From contig JAQGDQ010000038.1 of the NCBI GenBank assembly GCA_030141605.1, positions 558,001-622,000 of the forward strand: a DNA stretch of 64,000 bases, read 5' to 3'. The stretch's first letter is position 1. Every line of letters begins with the position of its first letter. The notes beneath the pieces were generated by a model. It was not told where the DNA came from and did not search any database. It saw nothing but the letters and a program-made list of their open reading frames with translations. Source of the stretch: Tubiluchus corallicola. Its lineage: Eukaryota > Animalia > Priapulida. The position numbers were made by a program, and so were the translations under genes. Of the stretch, positions 23,901 through 38,437 are shown piece by piece.

Positions 23901-26900
23901 TAACATTCATAAGCAGTTTACATCAACTTTTGACATATTTAGTTCAAAATAAAGTCATGTTTATGTTGCAGAGTGGGCGAAGGGTCAGACATGAGCTTGA
24001 AATCACGATTTTCACAGGAGTATGGTTCTATGGCTAATACTGTTGCAAATATGAATGGCTTTCCCAATGGAATAGACAGTGTTGGTATATCAAAAGGTTG
24101 GAGTTGTTGCAGTTTCTTTTGTTTAACGCGCGGCCACAAGTCATTATAGTATGTTCTCTTTCGGTTCCAGACAGTTATCTGTAATAGAGTACTCTGCAGG
24201 AAAGAAGATTCTGAAGATCCATAGTAATTGTGTTGTATATTTAATATTAGAAGATATATTACGCCCCTCATTATCTGAGGATGGACCAGCTAGCAATTAG
24301 CTAGGAATATGAAAGTTATTATTAGTATGCAGTGACATGAAAAAAATTCATTGGTGTAATATGGTATGTGCCATTTATATTGCTAATAATATGAACTCTT
24401 ACTTTTCAGCATAGCAACTACTGCAGTGAATGTTGAAGAAAAGCTTATGAAAAAAGTGTTAATACAGTTGTTCTATTAAAATCTGCTTTCCTATTTTTCA
24501 TTCTTGTTTGTCAAAATTTGCAAGAATGGAACTTCCCTTGACAGCAGCAGATGCATTAGCACTAGCTAAACAAAATATTATTCACCCTTCTCATGGCACT
24601 GGTGCTGTGACACATCCAGTCTTAGGCTACTATTTTGTGCCCCAGGTGTTTTTTCCAGAGCATGTGTAACAGCAAGCATTTGCCGGTTTCTTAATAACAA
24701 TGTGAATGAAACTGTAGGCTTATAATCGATTCATTCTTGGGGAATCTCATCAAGGTTACAAATTGCAAAATCAAGACAGTCACATATAATAATATGCTGT
24801 ATTTACAGCAGTTTTCGAATGTTTCTTGCATAGTACATTTACCACCGAGGATGTTTATTGTATATTCCTGAAATCGCAATATATATTCATATTCTGGTAT
24901 CTGTAATAAATTCTGCTCGTTATTATATTTGGTTCTCTTGGTTTTGAAATGTGGGTTTGCACTTTTCTATTTTTATACCATATAATTCCAGAAAAAAACA
25001 TGTTTGAGTATAGTTAATATGTTGTTAAGTCTCGCTGTGCAATAAAATTTAGTCAGTAATTTCTTTAAAATTCGTAAACTAACACTTGAAAATGTCTAAT
25101 ATATGGTGAGCCATTTCCTTCTTCTTCTGTTGCTCTTAATCATCTATTGTAAACATAGAGCCTCTGTCCTTTATTGGAGCACTCCCTGTTTCCTGTCTGC
25201 AGCTAAAATTTTCAATTCCTGTGATGCTATTGTTAGGCTTGGTTCCAGCTGTTGTAAATCTTTATTAATTCTTGATATCCAGGTTGGTTTTGGTTTGCCT
25301 GGAGGTCATTTAGTAGGCTTCAGTGCCTCGTTTAGTCCTAATCTTACTGATGTTTTTTTTTTGGTAATCTCATTAAATGTCCTTCCCACCTTAGTCTTCT
25401 GATTCTGATTTTTGTGCTCCATTGTTCTTCTTTGGTTCTGTTATACAGCTGCTCATTTGAAATGATATATGACTATTTTATTTTTTAGATTTTTCTGAGT
25501 AGGCCTCTGTGAAATACATTTATTTCTGTTTCCTGAGTTGCAGTTAAGCACACATTTCACTGTTGTACATTAAGATAATAGTTATATATGCATTAAAGAG
25601 TCACAGCCTTCTTTTGAGGGATAATTTCTTGCTGATTAGAATTGATTTATTTTGGATAAAACCATACATTGCCCGTTGTTTCCTATTTGTGATGTCATCT
25701 TCTGTGTTACGTTGTGATCCCATGTATTTGCAACATTTCCAGGATTGATCTCTATCTCATGATATGTTATACTCTTCAGCTTTTGTGTTGTTAACTTTGA
25801 GATTTCTTTTTTCTGGTAATTTTGGGCATTCTTTTTTAACAGTATCTGTGCAGAATTTTGAAATTTTAATCCACCCAATGTCGTTGGCATACTGTTGATC
25901 TATTAGGAATGGCTTTTAGGAATCTGGTGCAGGATAAGTGTGATCAGTTATATGGAAAGGTAGATTTTCTATGGAGCTGGTATCGTAAACATGATCTGTT
26001 GGTAAAACACCTTCGTTTTGGAGTGCATTGGCTAGGCACAGGGCTGAGGCAGTCATCTTGAGGAGTGCCAAAGTTAGTATTGAAAGTTCTTCCTATAGTA
26101 TTGCCTAGTTTTACATGAAGCTTGACATCTTTAAGTAGGATTGTTATCATGTGTAATTCATCTGGTTCTAAAACTGATTTTAAATCATCAAATAGTATTC
26201 CTCTATCAACAGTATCAAAAGCCTTTCATATCAGGTAGTAATTGAGTAAGAACTTGAAGTTATAGCTTTTTCAGCTAATATTTTTGCAGACATGAATAAT
26301 TCTGTAGTGTTCCTTCCTTCTCTATATGCAGTTTGGGTAATTGGTATAGTGTTGTTCAGTCTGCCGTGTATGCATCTGATAATACAAATTGCCAAAATTT
26401 TCCTAAACAGACTTAGCAGAATTATTGGCCTTAAGTTCTCTACTGGTCCTTTTTTCTTCTTTGGTTTTGGAATTGGTATAGAACTTCCTTAACTTCTTTT
26501 GGATAATTTCCCATTTTTGCAACGTCATTTAACAAGTTAGCAGTTTCTGTGTTTACTAACCTAGGTCCATATTTTAATTGTTCAGCTACTTTATTATCAA
26601 TGCCAGGACTTTTGCCAGGAATCTTTAGAGATTTTATTTGCACAATACATTTGTTCGTTAAAAGGTGGTTCCATATCTACGGGCTCCAAATCAGGTAGAG
26701 TTTTCGAGTTAGCAATATTAAATGATTTTTCAAAGAGCTTAGTAATTAATTCTGCCGCTTCTGTTTCATCAATTGTAAGTCCATTTGTAGTTTCTACTAT
26801 TAGTTTTTCTTTCGGTTTATTTCTGTTAATGTTCCTAACAGCTTTAATCACCCGAGTGAAGTCTTCTTTACTTTTCTCTATATCCTCAATCATTTCCTGT

Positions 26901-29900
26901 AGTTGATAACTGTAGTCAATTTTTATTTTTTGCTCTAACCAGCAAAACTTTCAGTAAATAACCTGAAAGTAACAGTAACTGATAGTAAATAACAGTAAAT
27001 TCCTATGAACATACTAGATTAATACATTTTTCTGCTTTTACAGGTGAAGTTGTATTAAAACTCAATAAGGGACCAAAACTTTATGCACAGCAATTTCTTG
27101 CCATGTTTATGAAGAGAATCATGTATTCATATCGTAGTTGGCTTGTCATTATTGCCCAGCTTCTAATTCCATGCTTATTCACGACGATAACTCTGATCGT
27201 TGTGAAAACACTGCCAAAACCAACTGATTCACCGCCACTTATACTGAACTTAAAGCCTTTTGGTGAGAACATTGTTCCGTATTACATGTCTCATACAAAC
27301 GTTTTCCATGAAAACTTACGTCGTAATAGCAAAAGTGTGGCATCTGATCTCGCTGTTGAATATGCACATCAGTTTGAACATAGTAAAACACGTGCTATAA
27401 ATATTACTAATCTGCCGGAATATCATGACAAAACACTGGACGAGTTCATCATTAAAGAAACGGAGAAAGATTTGGGGAAATTTCTTTCAGCATGTATAGT
27501 TGCAGCCATGTTTGGAGTTGTATCTAACGAGACCATTTTGACGGCATATTTCAACAACCAGCCTTATCATGGCCCGGGAATATCATTGGCAGCTGCCGAT
27601 AATTCACTGTTGAAATATTTTGTCAATGATTCGTACAACATAGAAACGACTAATCATCCGTTACCACGAACAGCTCAAGATCAGATAACAGATGCACTAG
27701 TTCACGATGCAGAGGGATTTAGTATTTCTTTTAACCTGATGTTTGGAATGGCATTTCTCTCTAGCAGTTTTGTTCTGTTTTTGGTGAAAGAACGCTCAAC
27801 TAAGGCGAAACATATTCAAATTGTAAGTGTCTTTTAAGGTTTTTAATGAAGCATTGAAATAGAGTATGTTGTTAAATACGTGTTTGAGTTTGCTAGTCCT
27901 AATTTTGTCAGTGAAATTGTTTTATTTTGTCTTTGAATCAGAAAAATACATTTTTTGGTTAATGTTTTACAGTAAAAGAATTTGAGCTGTTTTGTGAATT
28001 GTCGCGAATAATAGAGTCTGGAAGGTGAGGGATATAGCTGACTGCTGAGTCTGGCCAGTAAATGGTTAACTGCTAGGAACACTGCTTCTTGACAATTTCT
28101 TGATAATCGATTTCATTTCAGCCACTATCATGTAATGCATCGACAGCATGCCCTGCTGTTGAGTAGTTATCCCTGCTTGCAGAGTGCAGAATTATATAAT
28201 GGGAGTGCTCTGAAAGTAACAGAAAATGTTTGATTTTATTTTTGTGCAATTAACCTATATTATTTTGTTATTTTTTCTAGATTAGTGGTGTGTATCCGTT
28301 CAATTTCTGGTTGTCGACATTTGTTTGGGATTTCATCAACTTCACGATTCCGCTTGTCTGCATACTGGCAATATTTGTTGCTTTTAACATACCAGCATAC
28401 ACACAGGATGGTCACCTTGGATATGTCACCCTACTGTTGCTAGGTTACGGATGGTCAATGCTGCCATTTGTCTATCTATGGTCATTTTTCTTTAACATTT
28501 CATCAACTGCATTTGCTCGTTTAACAAAGTTCAATATTATATCAGGTAAATTACATAATAAGTCTATAAATATAGTTTACTATTTGGTTATACTGTGATA
28601 ACGACATCAGAATATAACATGGTTTTCCTTACATGGTTTGGAATACTGCATTCAGGAATCCAGCACTTGTGGTGACTGGGACTGAATGTGTCAGGAGCAG
28701 GTGGAAGCAGCCTTTGGGTCTCCATTACCATTGTCTAAGGGTTTATTGAGAAGTTAGGTTACAATAACCTCTGCGCAACTTTTGCACTATATGTGCAATC
28801 AGTGATTGTGGCAGAGAATTGAATACAAAGCAATTTTTGTAGTTAAAAAGTAATTTTTTTTAATATTGGATCTATTGAATAATCAGTAGTAGATGAGAAA
28901 GTACTGATCTTTAACTATGATTTGCTATAATAAGTTTTTTACTACTTTAATATTTTTTAAATTATAGTTTTTCAGTGCAGTCTCCTTAGGCTAATAGTAC
29001 CACTATTTTTCAACATAGCCATTTGCCAGTTTTATATGCCACAATTGTGATTCTGACAATTCCAGTTACTAATCTATTACTCATCAGCAACTGCCTTTAA
29101 AGTTTGATGAAAATTTGCTTGTCAGAGTTAAACTTTTTATGATGGGCTCTTTTTCACCAATTTTGTTAAAAGTTTATCAGTAATTTTTTCAAACGCTATA
29201 AATAAAATTTCTGGCTACCGTTACCATGTTGGATTTAGTATTGGTTTGTTTCTAAGTGCACTATTATTAGTCCAGGTTCACTGCCGTCTGTGTTACAACA
29301 TACTTGGGCAAGGGGTTTGTTGTTGCATTTTTGTTTTGCTTGATATCTCCATGACTTCATAATCTATGTTAATAGCTACATGAGAAGAAGGTTTGTATAC
29401 TTTGGCTGATTAATAATCTACATTACAGTCACTGAGTGTTTATATAGCAATCCTCAGTATCTCTTAATAGCAAGGATTACTGGTAATATCGAAAGGTTGT
29501 TGGAAACCTGGGGGGGCCTATTTCATTATCAAGAATCATCCTTTACAAACAACTATACGCGTAAACAGAGATGTCTCAGTCACATTTGGATGAGCATACA
29601 GACTTCCTGAAGGAGAGAAACAACCAGACATAACATGTCAGGTAAAATTCCCTGTCTTTTCAACAGCCACTCATCCATTTACTAACTAAGCATGGCACTA
29701 CACCACTTTATAGCCAAATACATATCATGATACTTCAGAAATGTTTTAAGCACTTGTACTTTATTTTATTATATGTTTCAAATAGTTACAGCATTTTTAA
29801 CATTCACAATAATGTTTTTCTTGTCATGTAATTTGTAACGAAAGCCTACTGCTGTATTTACAGGTATTGTGACAGTTCTTGCTGTTGCAATTCTGGCACT

Positions 29901-32900
29901 TCCTCAGTTGGATCTTGAATATGTATCCGATGCATTGGAGTGGGTTTTTATTGTACTTCTACCAAACTTCTCACTTGGTCAGGGTATTCAAGACTTGTAC
30001 AATAATTATCAGTTTAATAGCATCTGTGAGCAGCCATATGTGAGATTAATTTGCGAATTCACCAATATGACAATGGCTTGCTGTCCAGGTATAAGTTTGT
30101 TAAATTTGTAACATCAATGAAAAAACATTTTTCGTAACTATAATAGCAGTTTCAGGCAGCTGTATACAGATGAATGCTGTTTAACAAAATATAGTTTTTC
30201 TTTTTCCTTTTTCTTGTCATAAAAAGGTTATTTTGTTACTTCGGCCAGTAACTTCAGTCTTACCCTGTATAATAATTCTGTGTACATTAATACAGTACAT
30301 TGATGTATTAAGTTGCTTGGTGAGTTTTACATTAAAAAATGCTTTTACACACATTTGCTTTAACAGTTATTGTGCAGTGTTCTACTGCACAATTTTTAAT
30401 TCTAATAGTTTTTACCTAATCATAGTTTATTGTGTATTGTATATATAGCAGTGGGTTTAGAGTTTTCCTTTTCCTTAATTTTAATACTTTGTACTATACT
30501 GGACCATTCATAACGAATTTCACATTTCCCGCTTTACAAACGATCAATGTTACTGATTCTTTTCAATAACTGAATGTACTTATTATTTATCTCTTGTTAT
30601 TGTTACATATTATGACTTTGTGATTCCATTAATCTAACTGTGCATGTAAATTATATTTTACGTGCAAATAAATGTAGTAAATGTTTATTTTCTGCAAATA
30701 GCTGTTCTTATTAGTACTATAGACATGCGTTTGAATACAAATGTTTACTTGTTTTCAGGTCATTGTGGCGATTTCTGCATCAAGTACACTTCTAATTATC
30801 TAGCCTGGGACAAACCTGGTATTGGACGAATGCTTGTATTCATGGCAGTGCAAGGAACACTTTTGTTTATCTTTGTTTTCTGTGCAGAATGGAGATTACT
30901 AAGAAGATTAGTGTATGCAGCCAAAGCAAAAAATGTTGGCATTATTAATGCGGTAAACTTGAGTTTTTTGTAACGTTTTCTCCTTTACTTTTTGTAAGTT
31001 TATCATCTTGTTGTGTGCTTTTTATTATCTTTTAAAAAAATTACTAAACAGCTGCACAGGTACAATTAAATAGCTGCATAGGTACACACTAGCAATTTAT
31101 TTTAAATGTCATTTTCTTAATTTGTTTTATTCTATGTATTTCCTGTCCTCCTGGTGAAGCATCTTTAAGCATTGCTTATGATAATTGAATTTATCCTACA
31201 GGAACCACTACAAGCACCAGAAGATGATGATGTGCTGGCAGAGAGGATCAGAATTAATAATACGCCAATCGTTACTTTATTTAACACTGATGTTCTAATA
31301 TTAAAAGAATTAAGCAAATGTTACGAATCACTGCTGGCAGTAGATGGTCTAAATTTTGGTGTTAGACGAGGAGAGTGTTTTGGTTTACTTGGAATGAATG
31401 GAGCTGGTGAGTATACTTATTCTGCCTCCCTTGCTCTAGGTAATGGCTATTTTTATATATCAGTCAATTAGTTTTTTTAAGTATTTATGATAAGAATGCA
31501 ACCAGATTAATTATGATTTGCTTTTAGTGCATAATTTTCTCTACGGTTATAAAGAATCTAAGAACTGGACCTCGATAAACTCCTAGACCAACAGCAGACT
31601 ACTTGGTTTCCCTGCTCTTTATAGCAGTAACAGTTACTGTTAAATTGTATTACTTACCCCCAGCATATTACTTATCACTTGTAAATCACTCATATACTTT
31701 CTTTGTCTACATAGCTTATTTCTTACAGATTTAAACTTAATTGCTCTACTTGTATTTTAAAGTGTCATCGGTGTTAACATTAGTTGCTTTAAAATGCCAC
31801 TTATTTTGCTTTACACTTGTCACTTAAAAATTTGACAAAACTGTGACGAAAAGTCTGGACTTGGGTAGGCGTGTGAAACTACTATAAATAATTATGCGTT
31901 GCTTTCTATTCTTTAGGCAAGACAAGTACGTTTAAAATGTTATCTGGAGATGAGTCAATTACATCCGGCGATGCTTTTGTTACCAGTTACAGCGTAAAGA
32001 GAGATATCAAAAAGGTTTTTGGAATGCATTAAACTAAAGTTTTCAAATTTATAATAGCCAGTAATTTGATGGATAGATCACTCTTCTGAGTTTTAACTTC
32101 TAAATGGTTCTTATATGTTACATTACATTCCAAACTGGCATATGTAGCCCTTGAATTGTAAAAATATAAGAACGTAAACTGTAGTGTTGTACACAGGGCG
32201 TGGGGCCTTACAGGAATGGTTCCCAGCAGGGTTTGATGTAGTGCCTTGAAGCAATTTTAAAAGCTTTGAATGCAACAAAATTTCAAATAGCTACAAATGC
32301 TCTAAATTCAACTATAGGTACTCTTAAAAAGGTTTTGAGATTTTGTAGATGTGCATATTAGCATGAAAAATTTTTTAGCCTGCGCATTTAATTTTACATG
32401 GTTTTTTGTGAGTCAATGAAAATTGCAAATGTTTCCAAATTTCTTCTAAATTATACATGTTTTCATTTTTCAGCTTTAATTGATTTACGGAGGTGCTCTG
32501 CTGTCATGGCAATGGCATTTTTAAAAACTATGATTTAGTAAAGTCTAGTGTTCATGTTTAACATGGTGAATAATGTTAAAAATAATGGTATTAATTAATT
32601 ATAAATGTGACAGTACATGTATTTACTGGACAGTTATGAAAAATTTTGTGTGGTGACAAGCAAAGTACGTCAGTGCTGCTGGCTTCATCTGTAGACAGGG
32701 CAGAGACAAATACACACAGATGATTATTTAAACAAAATGATTAAAATTCCTTCAAAAAAGAAATGATATATGAGTTCCAACATAGTAAACTATTTCAGCT
32801 ATTTTTTAAGAAGGTATATACCATATATTTGCGTATGCCTTCAATTCAAGCACTTAAAGTTATAGCAGGTTTTGGACTAATATCGTTTTTTGTGCATATT

Positions 32901-34855
32901 TAACAATTCTTACTTTCTACAGGTTCAGCAGAGAATTGGGTATTGTCCACAATTTGATGCATTAGTTGATCACATGACTGGTAGAGAGACACTGTACATG
33001 TATGCTCGTTTACGCGGAGTGCCGGAAAGATGTTTAAGAGATGTTACTAGTAAACTTATGTCAGCTTTACTACTTGATCCACATGCAGACAAGCTTGTTG
33101 TGCAATATAGGTATGCAGCTGATTGCAGTTTGCAAATAGAGAAGGCTTCTTTACCATAAAATTTGTGTAAATAATGCAACTGCACACTGGACTCTAATTT
33201 CTAGGGTACTTAAATTACTAGCTAAGGGAAAAGCTTGTTTAAACTCCTTGTTTGATTAACAGATGCATCTTACAGAATTTTATAATTACTTTCATGTTGA
33301 ACAGCCATTTGCAATAACTTGCGTTTGTATTATCTTTTGAGATTAAAAAGCGGAGCCAGGCAATGGTGCAGTTGGTAGTACTGAGCTGAGCCTTGCTTGA
33401 CCAAAATTTTTAGTTGTTTGAATAGCAGCCTGTGTGATAGTTCTTTAACTACCTGCATTTTCATTTATGAGATTTTCTGTTTTGGTCCAATATAAAATTC
33501 TGGCACTCTAACAAAAGGGGAAGCTTTTACATTTAAAATGTTAGGATTTGTTCTAAACTCTGGAATATACAACCTTATTGGTAATCACTTAATTAAAAGG
33601 TTGACTCAGTCTAAAAACTTCACAATGTTTTCGTTAGAAACAAATTGATTTAACTTATTTTTGAAATTTATATATAGTGGTGGCACAAAAAGAAAGCTAA
33701 GTACTGCTGTGTCTTTGGTTGGTGATCCACCTGTAATATTTCTTGATGAGCCAACTACTGGAATGGATCCTGTTGCTAGGCGCTTACTATGGGATGCATT
33801 GTCACGGTATCGTGCAGCAGGAAAGTGCATTATTCTCACTTCGCACAGGTATCTAGTAATTTAATTTTTTGTTTGATATAAATTGTTAGGGATCACTAAA
33901 CACATTGCTAGATGTTTAACAGTGTACTGGATTATTTGACTGTGTCACTGAGTAAAACAATAATGTTTGATGTTTGAATAAAAAAATACGATAATCCCTC
34001 TAGTAATAATGTTATGTCTCGTAAAGCTAGTCATCGTGTTTTTCCTGTATTAAAAATACATTTTAGCATGGAAGAGTGTGAGGCTCTTTGTACCAGGATA
34101 GCAATTATGGTGAACGGACGACTAAAATGTCTCGGAAGTCCTCAACACCTTAAGAATAAATTTGGACAAGGCTATACATTGTTGGCCAAGGTTACCATGG
34201 CGTCGAGTAACATAGTTCCTGATCCTCAGCCTTTCATTGACCATGTTATGTCCATGTATAAAGATAAATGTGTTTTGAAGGACATTCATCAGGTAACTAA
34301 TTATCTCCAGCATCTTATTGTATTAAGATTTGACACAACATAATTCATTTGTGTGGCACTTGAATGTCAATTTTAAAATTTTACTCATGTAAAATATAGT
34401 TTTGGAAACATTAACCTTAATATACATAAAAATTGAATTATACTGAACATTTGTGAAATCTAGCATTCCAGTAGTTTTTGTAAAATTGTTTTACATAATT
34501 GCAAGCAGACAGCATGATTTATATGAGTTAAAATTTATATTAATTTTGAAACATGCTACCTCAGAGAAATGTCAGTGTTCATAACAAAATCACTGTATTG
34601 CTGTCAGGATACAGTGTTTTTCTCTCTGTTATTGCTTTGCATTTTGAAAAAAATGTTTTTATGTTTTCACCTTAGGGTTTTGTACATTTACACATCATGG
34701 ATCCGTCATTGCGGCTTTCAAGTATTTTTACCATGATGGAAAAATCGAAGATTCTATTTAATTTAGAAGATTACTCCATAAGCCAAACAACATTGGAACA
34801 AGTCTTCCTCAACTTTGCCAAATCACAACGATCAGAAGATGAGATCATATCCTAG
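11937..34855 (+). CDS. ABCA3: ATP-binding cassette subfamily A full transporter (ABCA3-like lipid exporter), 1712 aa
   Basis: 26 exons: 11937-12096, 13227-13379, 14378-14507, 14717-14877, 15577-15682, 16727-16868, 17256-17493, 18194-18367, 18918-19099, 19875-20021, 20423-20540, 21691-21845, 21942-22097, 22469-22679, 23304-23553, 23972-24096, 27044-27822, 28281-28545, 29864-30088, 30759-30952, 31202-31406, 31917-32014, 32923-33110, 33678-33848, 34067-34292, 34676-34855 (5139 nt, open frame). N-terminal [12 protein letters not shown]1: [40 protein letters not shown]2: [46 protein letters not shown]. Also TTMEEVF and TTLEQVF motifs. Short ectodomain and GYMREGFL / RYPYPPY segments favour ABCA3 over ABCA1. 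Confidence 0.92.
17691..17834. repeat. Two-copy tandem duplication of about 73 bp, ABCA intron 7
   Basis: aacagatttt(c/t)acacacgttatctgtgctgaggtgcattaagctcaatgct(a/g)tgcaattt...cttataagaca repeated twice with about 3 differences. Confidence 0.9.
22716..22793. repeat. Perfect two-copy 39-bp tandem duplication, ABCA intron 14
   Basis: gaactgtctatgcttatctatttgattcttctatgttac at 22716-22754 and 22755-22793. Confidence 0.92.
25120..26890 (-). mobile_element. 5'-truncated, degraded non-LTR retrotransposon (RTE-like LINE) antisense in ABCA intron 16
   Basis: Minus-strand fragments encode reverse-transcriptase motifs: [68 protein letters not shown], and C-terminal [17 protein letters not shown]. 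There is a short (AGA)n 3' tail and a candidate TSD CATTTCCT at 25112-25119 and 26891-26898. Multiple stops and frameshifts. Confidence 0.85.
33352..33430 (+). mobile_element. Possible degenerate tRNA-derived SINE head
   Basis: A-box-like TGGTGCAGTTGG at 33364-33375 and a weak B-box-like GTTTGAAT about 45 nt downstream; no cloverleaf. Confidence 0.25.
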
Positions 34856-37800
34856 CAATGAAGCAACACTGTGTACGACTTAAAAAGTTCTAGCATTGTT
34901 ATTAGTATTCTCTTCACAAAAAGAATTGTTCTATAAAACTTTATAGAATCTCAAATTAAACCATTCATATTAAGCAACCTTGCAAAGGGTCCAAACCATA
35001 GATTTAAGTGCCACGCAAGCACAGAGAGATTGCTAGACTTGAGCAATTTGTTCGGGCAAACAATGGGCACCATATTGTAATACAACTGCTCTGGTCTTTC
35101 ATATGGCAAACAATAGACACCATGTTGTGTAATACAAAAATTCCATTTGATTGTATTCTACCCTTGAGTGACACACTTAAAGTATTGTTCAATGTGCAGC
35201 TAGCAAACTCTCTACGTGCATGTGTGGCATTTAAATCTTTGGGACTAACCATTCTTGTTAAAGTGACAATACCAATATACTTGTGAACAACTAGAAAGAA
35301 GCAGTTTGTCAAACCTGGGTAAAAATTAAAGTGCCTATCAACTAAAGCAATACCTGTAAACTTTCACATAATACTAGTTTTCCAGAGTGAAGTATCCTAC
35401 AAACATATGAATTAAGCATTCTTGGTGAAGAAATAATGACTGAAACACTGTTCACATTTAATGAAGAAAACTGTTCAATTTACCAAATAATAACACACTA
35501 GAAGTGAACAATTTTGGTCAAAGCTAAAATTCCTGAAAACATTTACTTTTCCAAGAAAATGGCAAGCACTTTTATGACTTCCGCCGGTACCATTATTTTA
35601 GCTGTAAATTGTATATTTATATTTATCAATGGTAGCAAATACACTTCTTGTACAGAGATGTTGTGCCTAAGAAAAATTGGATATCAAACATAACAATTCT
35701 ATAATCATGGATGAAGATTTAGATTAAAAATTTGAATTAATGTGAAAATGTAAGTCGAATTATTTGTTGATCCTTATCTACAGATAATTATATGTGTCTA
35801 TTATAAATCCATTCCTGTACCAAAAAATTGGTAATTATTATGTTATGTAATATTTTTCCAATGTGCAGTATAAGGGGATTCCATAAGAGAACAAAAAATT
35901 TGCACTCTATTTATTAGTAGTTTCTGTTACATTTTGTATCCAAGTCATCTATACTAGTAACTTCTGCCTTTGTTGTGGTATCAATATAATTGTAAATATG
36001 AACCAAGGGTTTTTTTACTTGGCGTGTATGCATGTGTTTGGTAATTACTTCATGTGTTTGTATTTTTCAATATCTGTGATTCGAGCAGCATTATAGCGTA
36101 TGTTTATGTTTAATATGATAAGTAGTGTTAATATTTTGCTTTGTTACAAAATCTTATTAATGGAGTATTATAATCATTTGTTATGTGATGATGTTTGTTC
36201 AAATGTATGTGGATTTTTTGTTAGATGTCGAGATTTTAATACTTTTCTCTCTTTATCAATTTTTTCTTGTATTATATTAGTGATGCCAATTGATAATAAG
36301 CATTTGTAGAAGGTGTGGAATTAAGCAAGGATTTAATACTTTTATAATCGTATTTTAATGTGATTTTGGTAAATTGTGTTTATGTATATAAGTTGTTAAT
36401 ATCGCAACTTAACAATGCAATTAAATTGGCTAAGTGAAAACAATTCACTTAGTTGAGTATGTTTTGAATTTGAGTAGAATTAAAGGGCCAATATGTTCGA
36501 ATTTTTCCTGCAAGTGTTGATTGTGCTCTAGTAAATATAGGTGCAAGTTAGACCTGCATGTCGTGTTTGCTAAAGAAAACTGAAAAAGACATTGCTTTGT
36601 TCATACCTTCACTAGTAATGGTGTGGCATTATTAGAGGGCACCTCTTTTTAAAACTGTTTGACAACTAATCTTTAATATTGACTGGCATTATTTTTCGTG
36701 GAGTAACACTGCCTAGAAGAAATTCCAGTCCTCATTAAAGTCTCAGTTATATCAAAGTCCTTTCAACAAATTTAGCCATAAGTAGATGTTTTTATTTTTA
36801 ACTTTTGTATTCTTAGTTTAAACAATCAACTGAGAACGTTGTGACTGAACCAGGTGCATGTTAATCAGTGCTTCAAATAACATTACATCAGCCAGAAATT
36901 TAAACATCTTTTATTGATTGTATTATTAAATTTTCTTTGTAAGTAAGAACCAAGAGACTTGTTACATTTATTTAAGTTTTTGTGGGACGTGGTTGTTTCT
37001 GTGCGTAATGCTTATATTAATTGTGTTTTGCAATAATTTGATGAGTTTTATATGCTAGTGATATAACCGTATTGTCCATATATAATTTTTTATAACTTCA
37101 TTGTTTATTTACTTCATTCTAGTACTTTCTCAAGTTGGTGATATTTCTTGTATACATGGTAGTCTGACTGAACAACAAAAGATTTTAGCGCAGTAAAGAA
37201 CTGCTATTTGTGTATGACTATGAAATTTCATGTTCATTCATAATATATTCTATAATTTTTGTATAATTTCTTATGCTGACCTAATTTATTTCTGTATACC
37301 TATCTTATGCTGTACTTGTACGTGAAAAAAAAAATACTGCATAGTATCAGATATGAATTACTTAATTCATTGAACAAAAAATTATTTCACAGCAAGAAAG
37401 GAGCTGTTATCTATCCTAAAATATCTCTGAAATATTTATGTTATGTTTATGTAAATGATATTTTGCCGATGATGTCATTCAAATCGTTTTTGTTAAATTT
37501 AATAATAAATATTGAGACGATAAATGCCAGATCTGTATAAAGCTTGGAATAGCAGAGTACTTTTTTATTAGGAGAAAAAACCTTTTGTTTTTAATGACTG
37601 AATTTTTGCAATAGTTTTATATTAAAGAGAGAAATTAGTCATTCAACTTAGTGTGGTTTGCTAGTCAGTGCAAGTGGGTGCTGGTTCACTAAAATATTCA
37701 ATGCTTTTGTTTACGCAATTTTTTTCTGTTGTATTATAGTATTATTATGCGGTTTAATTAGTGTTAATGTAGGTGTACGTTAGACTGTGATTTAGTATAA

Positions 37801-38086
37801 AATGTACTTTCGAACATCGTTGATTCACAAAACTTGTAAAAACAAAACTTGTACGTTGTTAAAAAAGTAAAAAATAAACTGTTTAAAGTTCCATCAATAA
37901 AATTTACTAAGTAAAATAGCATGTACATTTGTCTTAATTTCATTTCGATTATTTGATATTTGCAATTTAATGTAATTGTACATAAATTAATATTTACATT
38001 AACTATTAGTAAAAGCACAATACGACGATAATACAGTGTGGCTGCTTTTGGTAAAGGCCTCCTTTGCAAAGATTCAAGTGTCCAGG

Positions 38087-38437
38087 CAGGGCCAGATTAT
38101 GAACTTTTGGGGCCCCCTCAAAGGAAGCCATCCTCTAACTAGCCCATGCCCGTGATGAATATTTTTAACTCATGATGTATTTTAAAGGCATTTACATAGC
38201 TTGAAGTAAACTTATTGCAAATTCTTTAAATAAACTACAATAGCTACCAATATTGTTTGCTAATAAAAATGTTTTTTAAGAAATGCTAATATTTTACCAA
38301 AATCAAATTAGCACATATTTCAACACAACTGTAGTGAAAAAGACAGATTTTTTTAAAACTCTTTTAGTAGGGCACCTCAGCCTTGACGGGCCTAGAATGT
38401 AGCCTATATACTAGCCCTATAGGCTAACACGGTCCTC
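38087..38437 (+). mobile_element. MITE copy A (CAGGGCCAGATT terminus, hAT-like), downstream of the P450 stop codon
   Basis: Starts CAGGGCCAGATTAT and ends in a degenerate TIR; body is the reverse complement of 38844-39236. Confidence 0.7.

Noticed and set aside
24405-24470. Possible ABCA micro-exon after a good polypyrimidine/AG acceptor
   Set aside because: No phase-compatible donor; exons 16 and 17 already join in frame.
35004-35312. Overlapping 102-aa and 92-aa ORFs after the ABCA stop
   Set aside because: Non-ATG starts, no homology cues, and they lie in the presumed 3' UTR.
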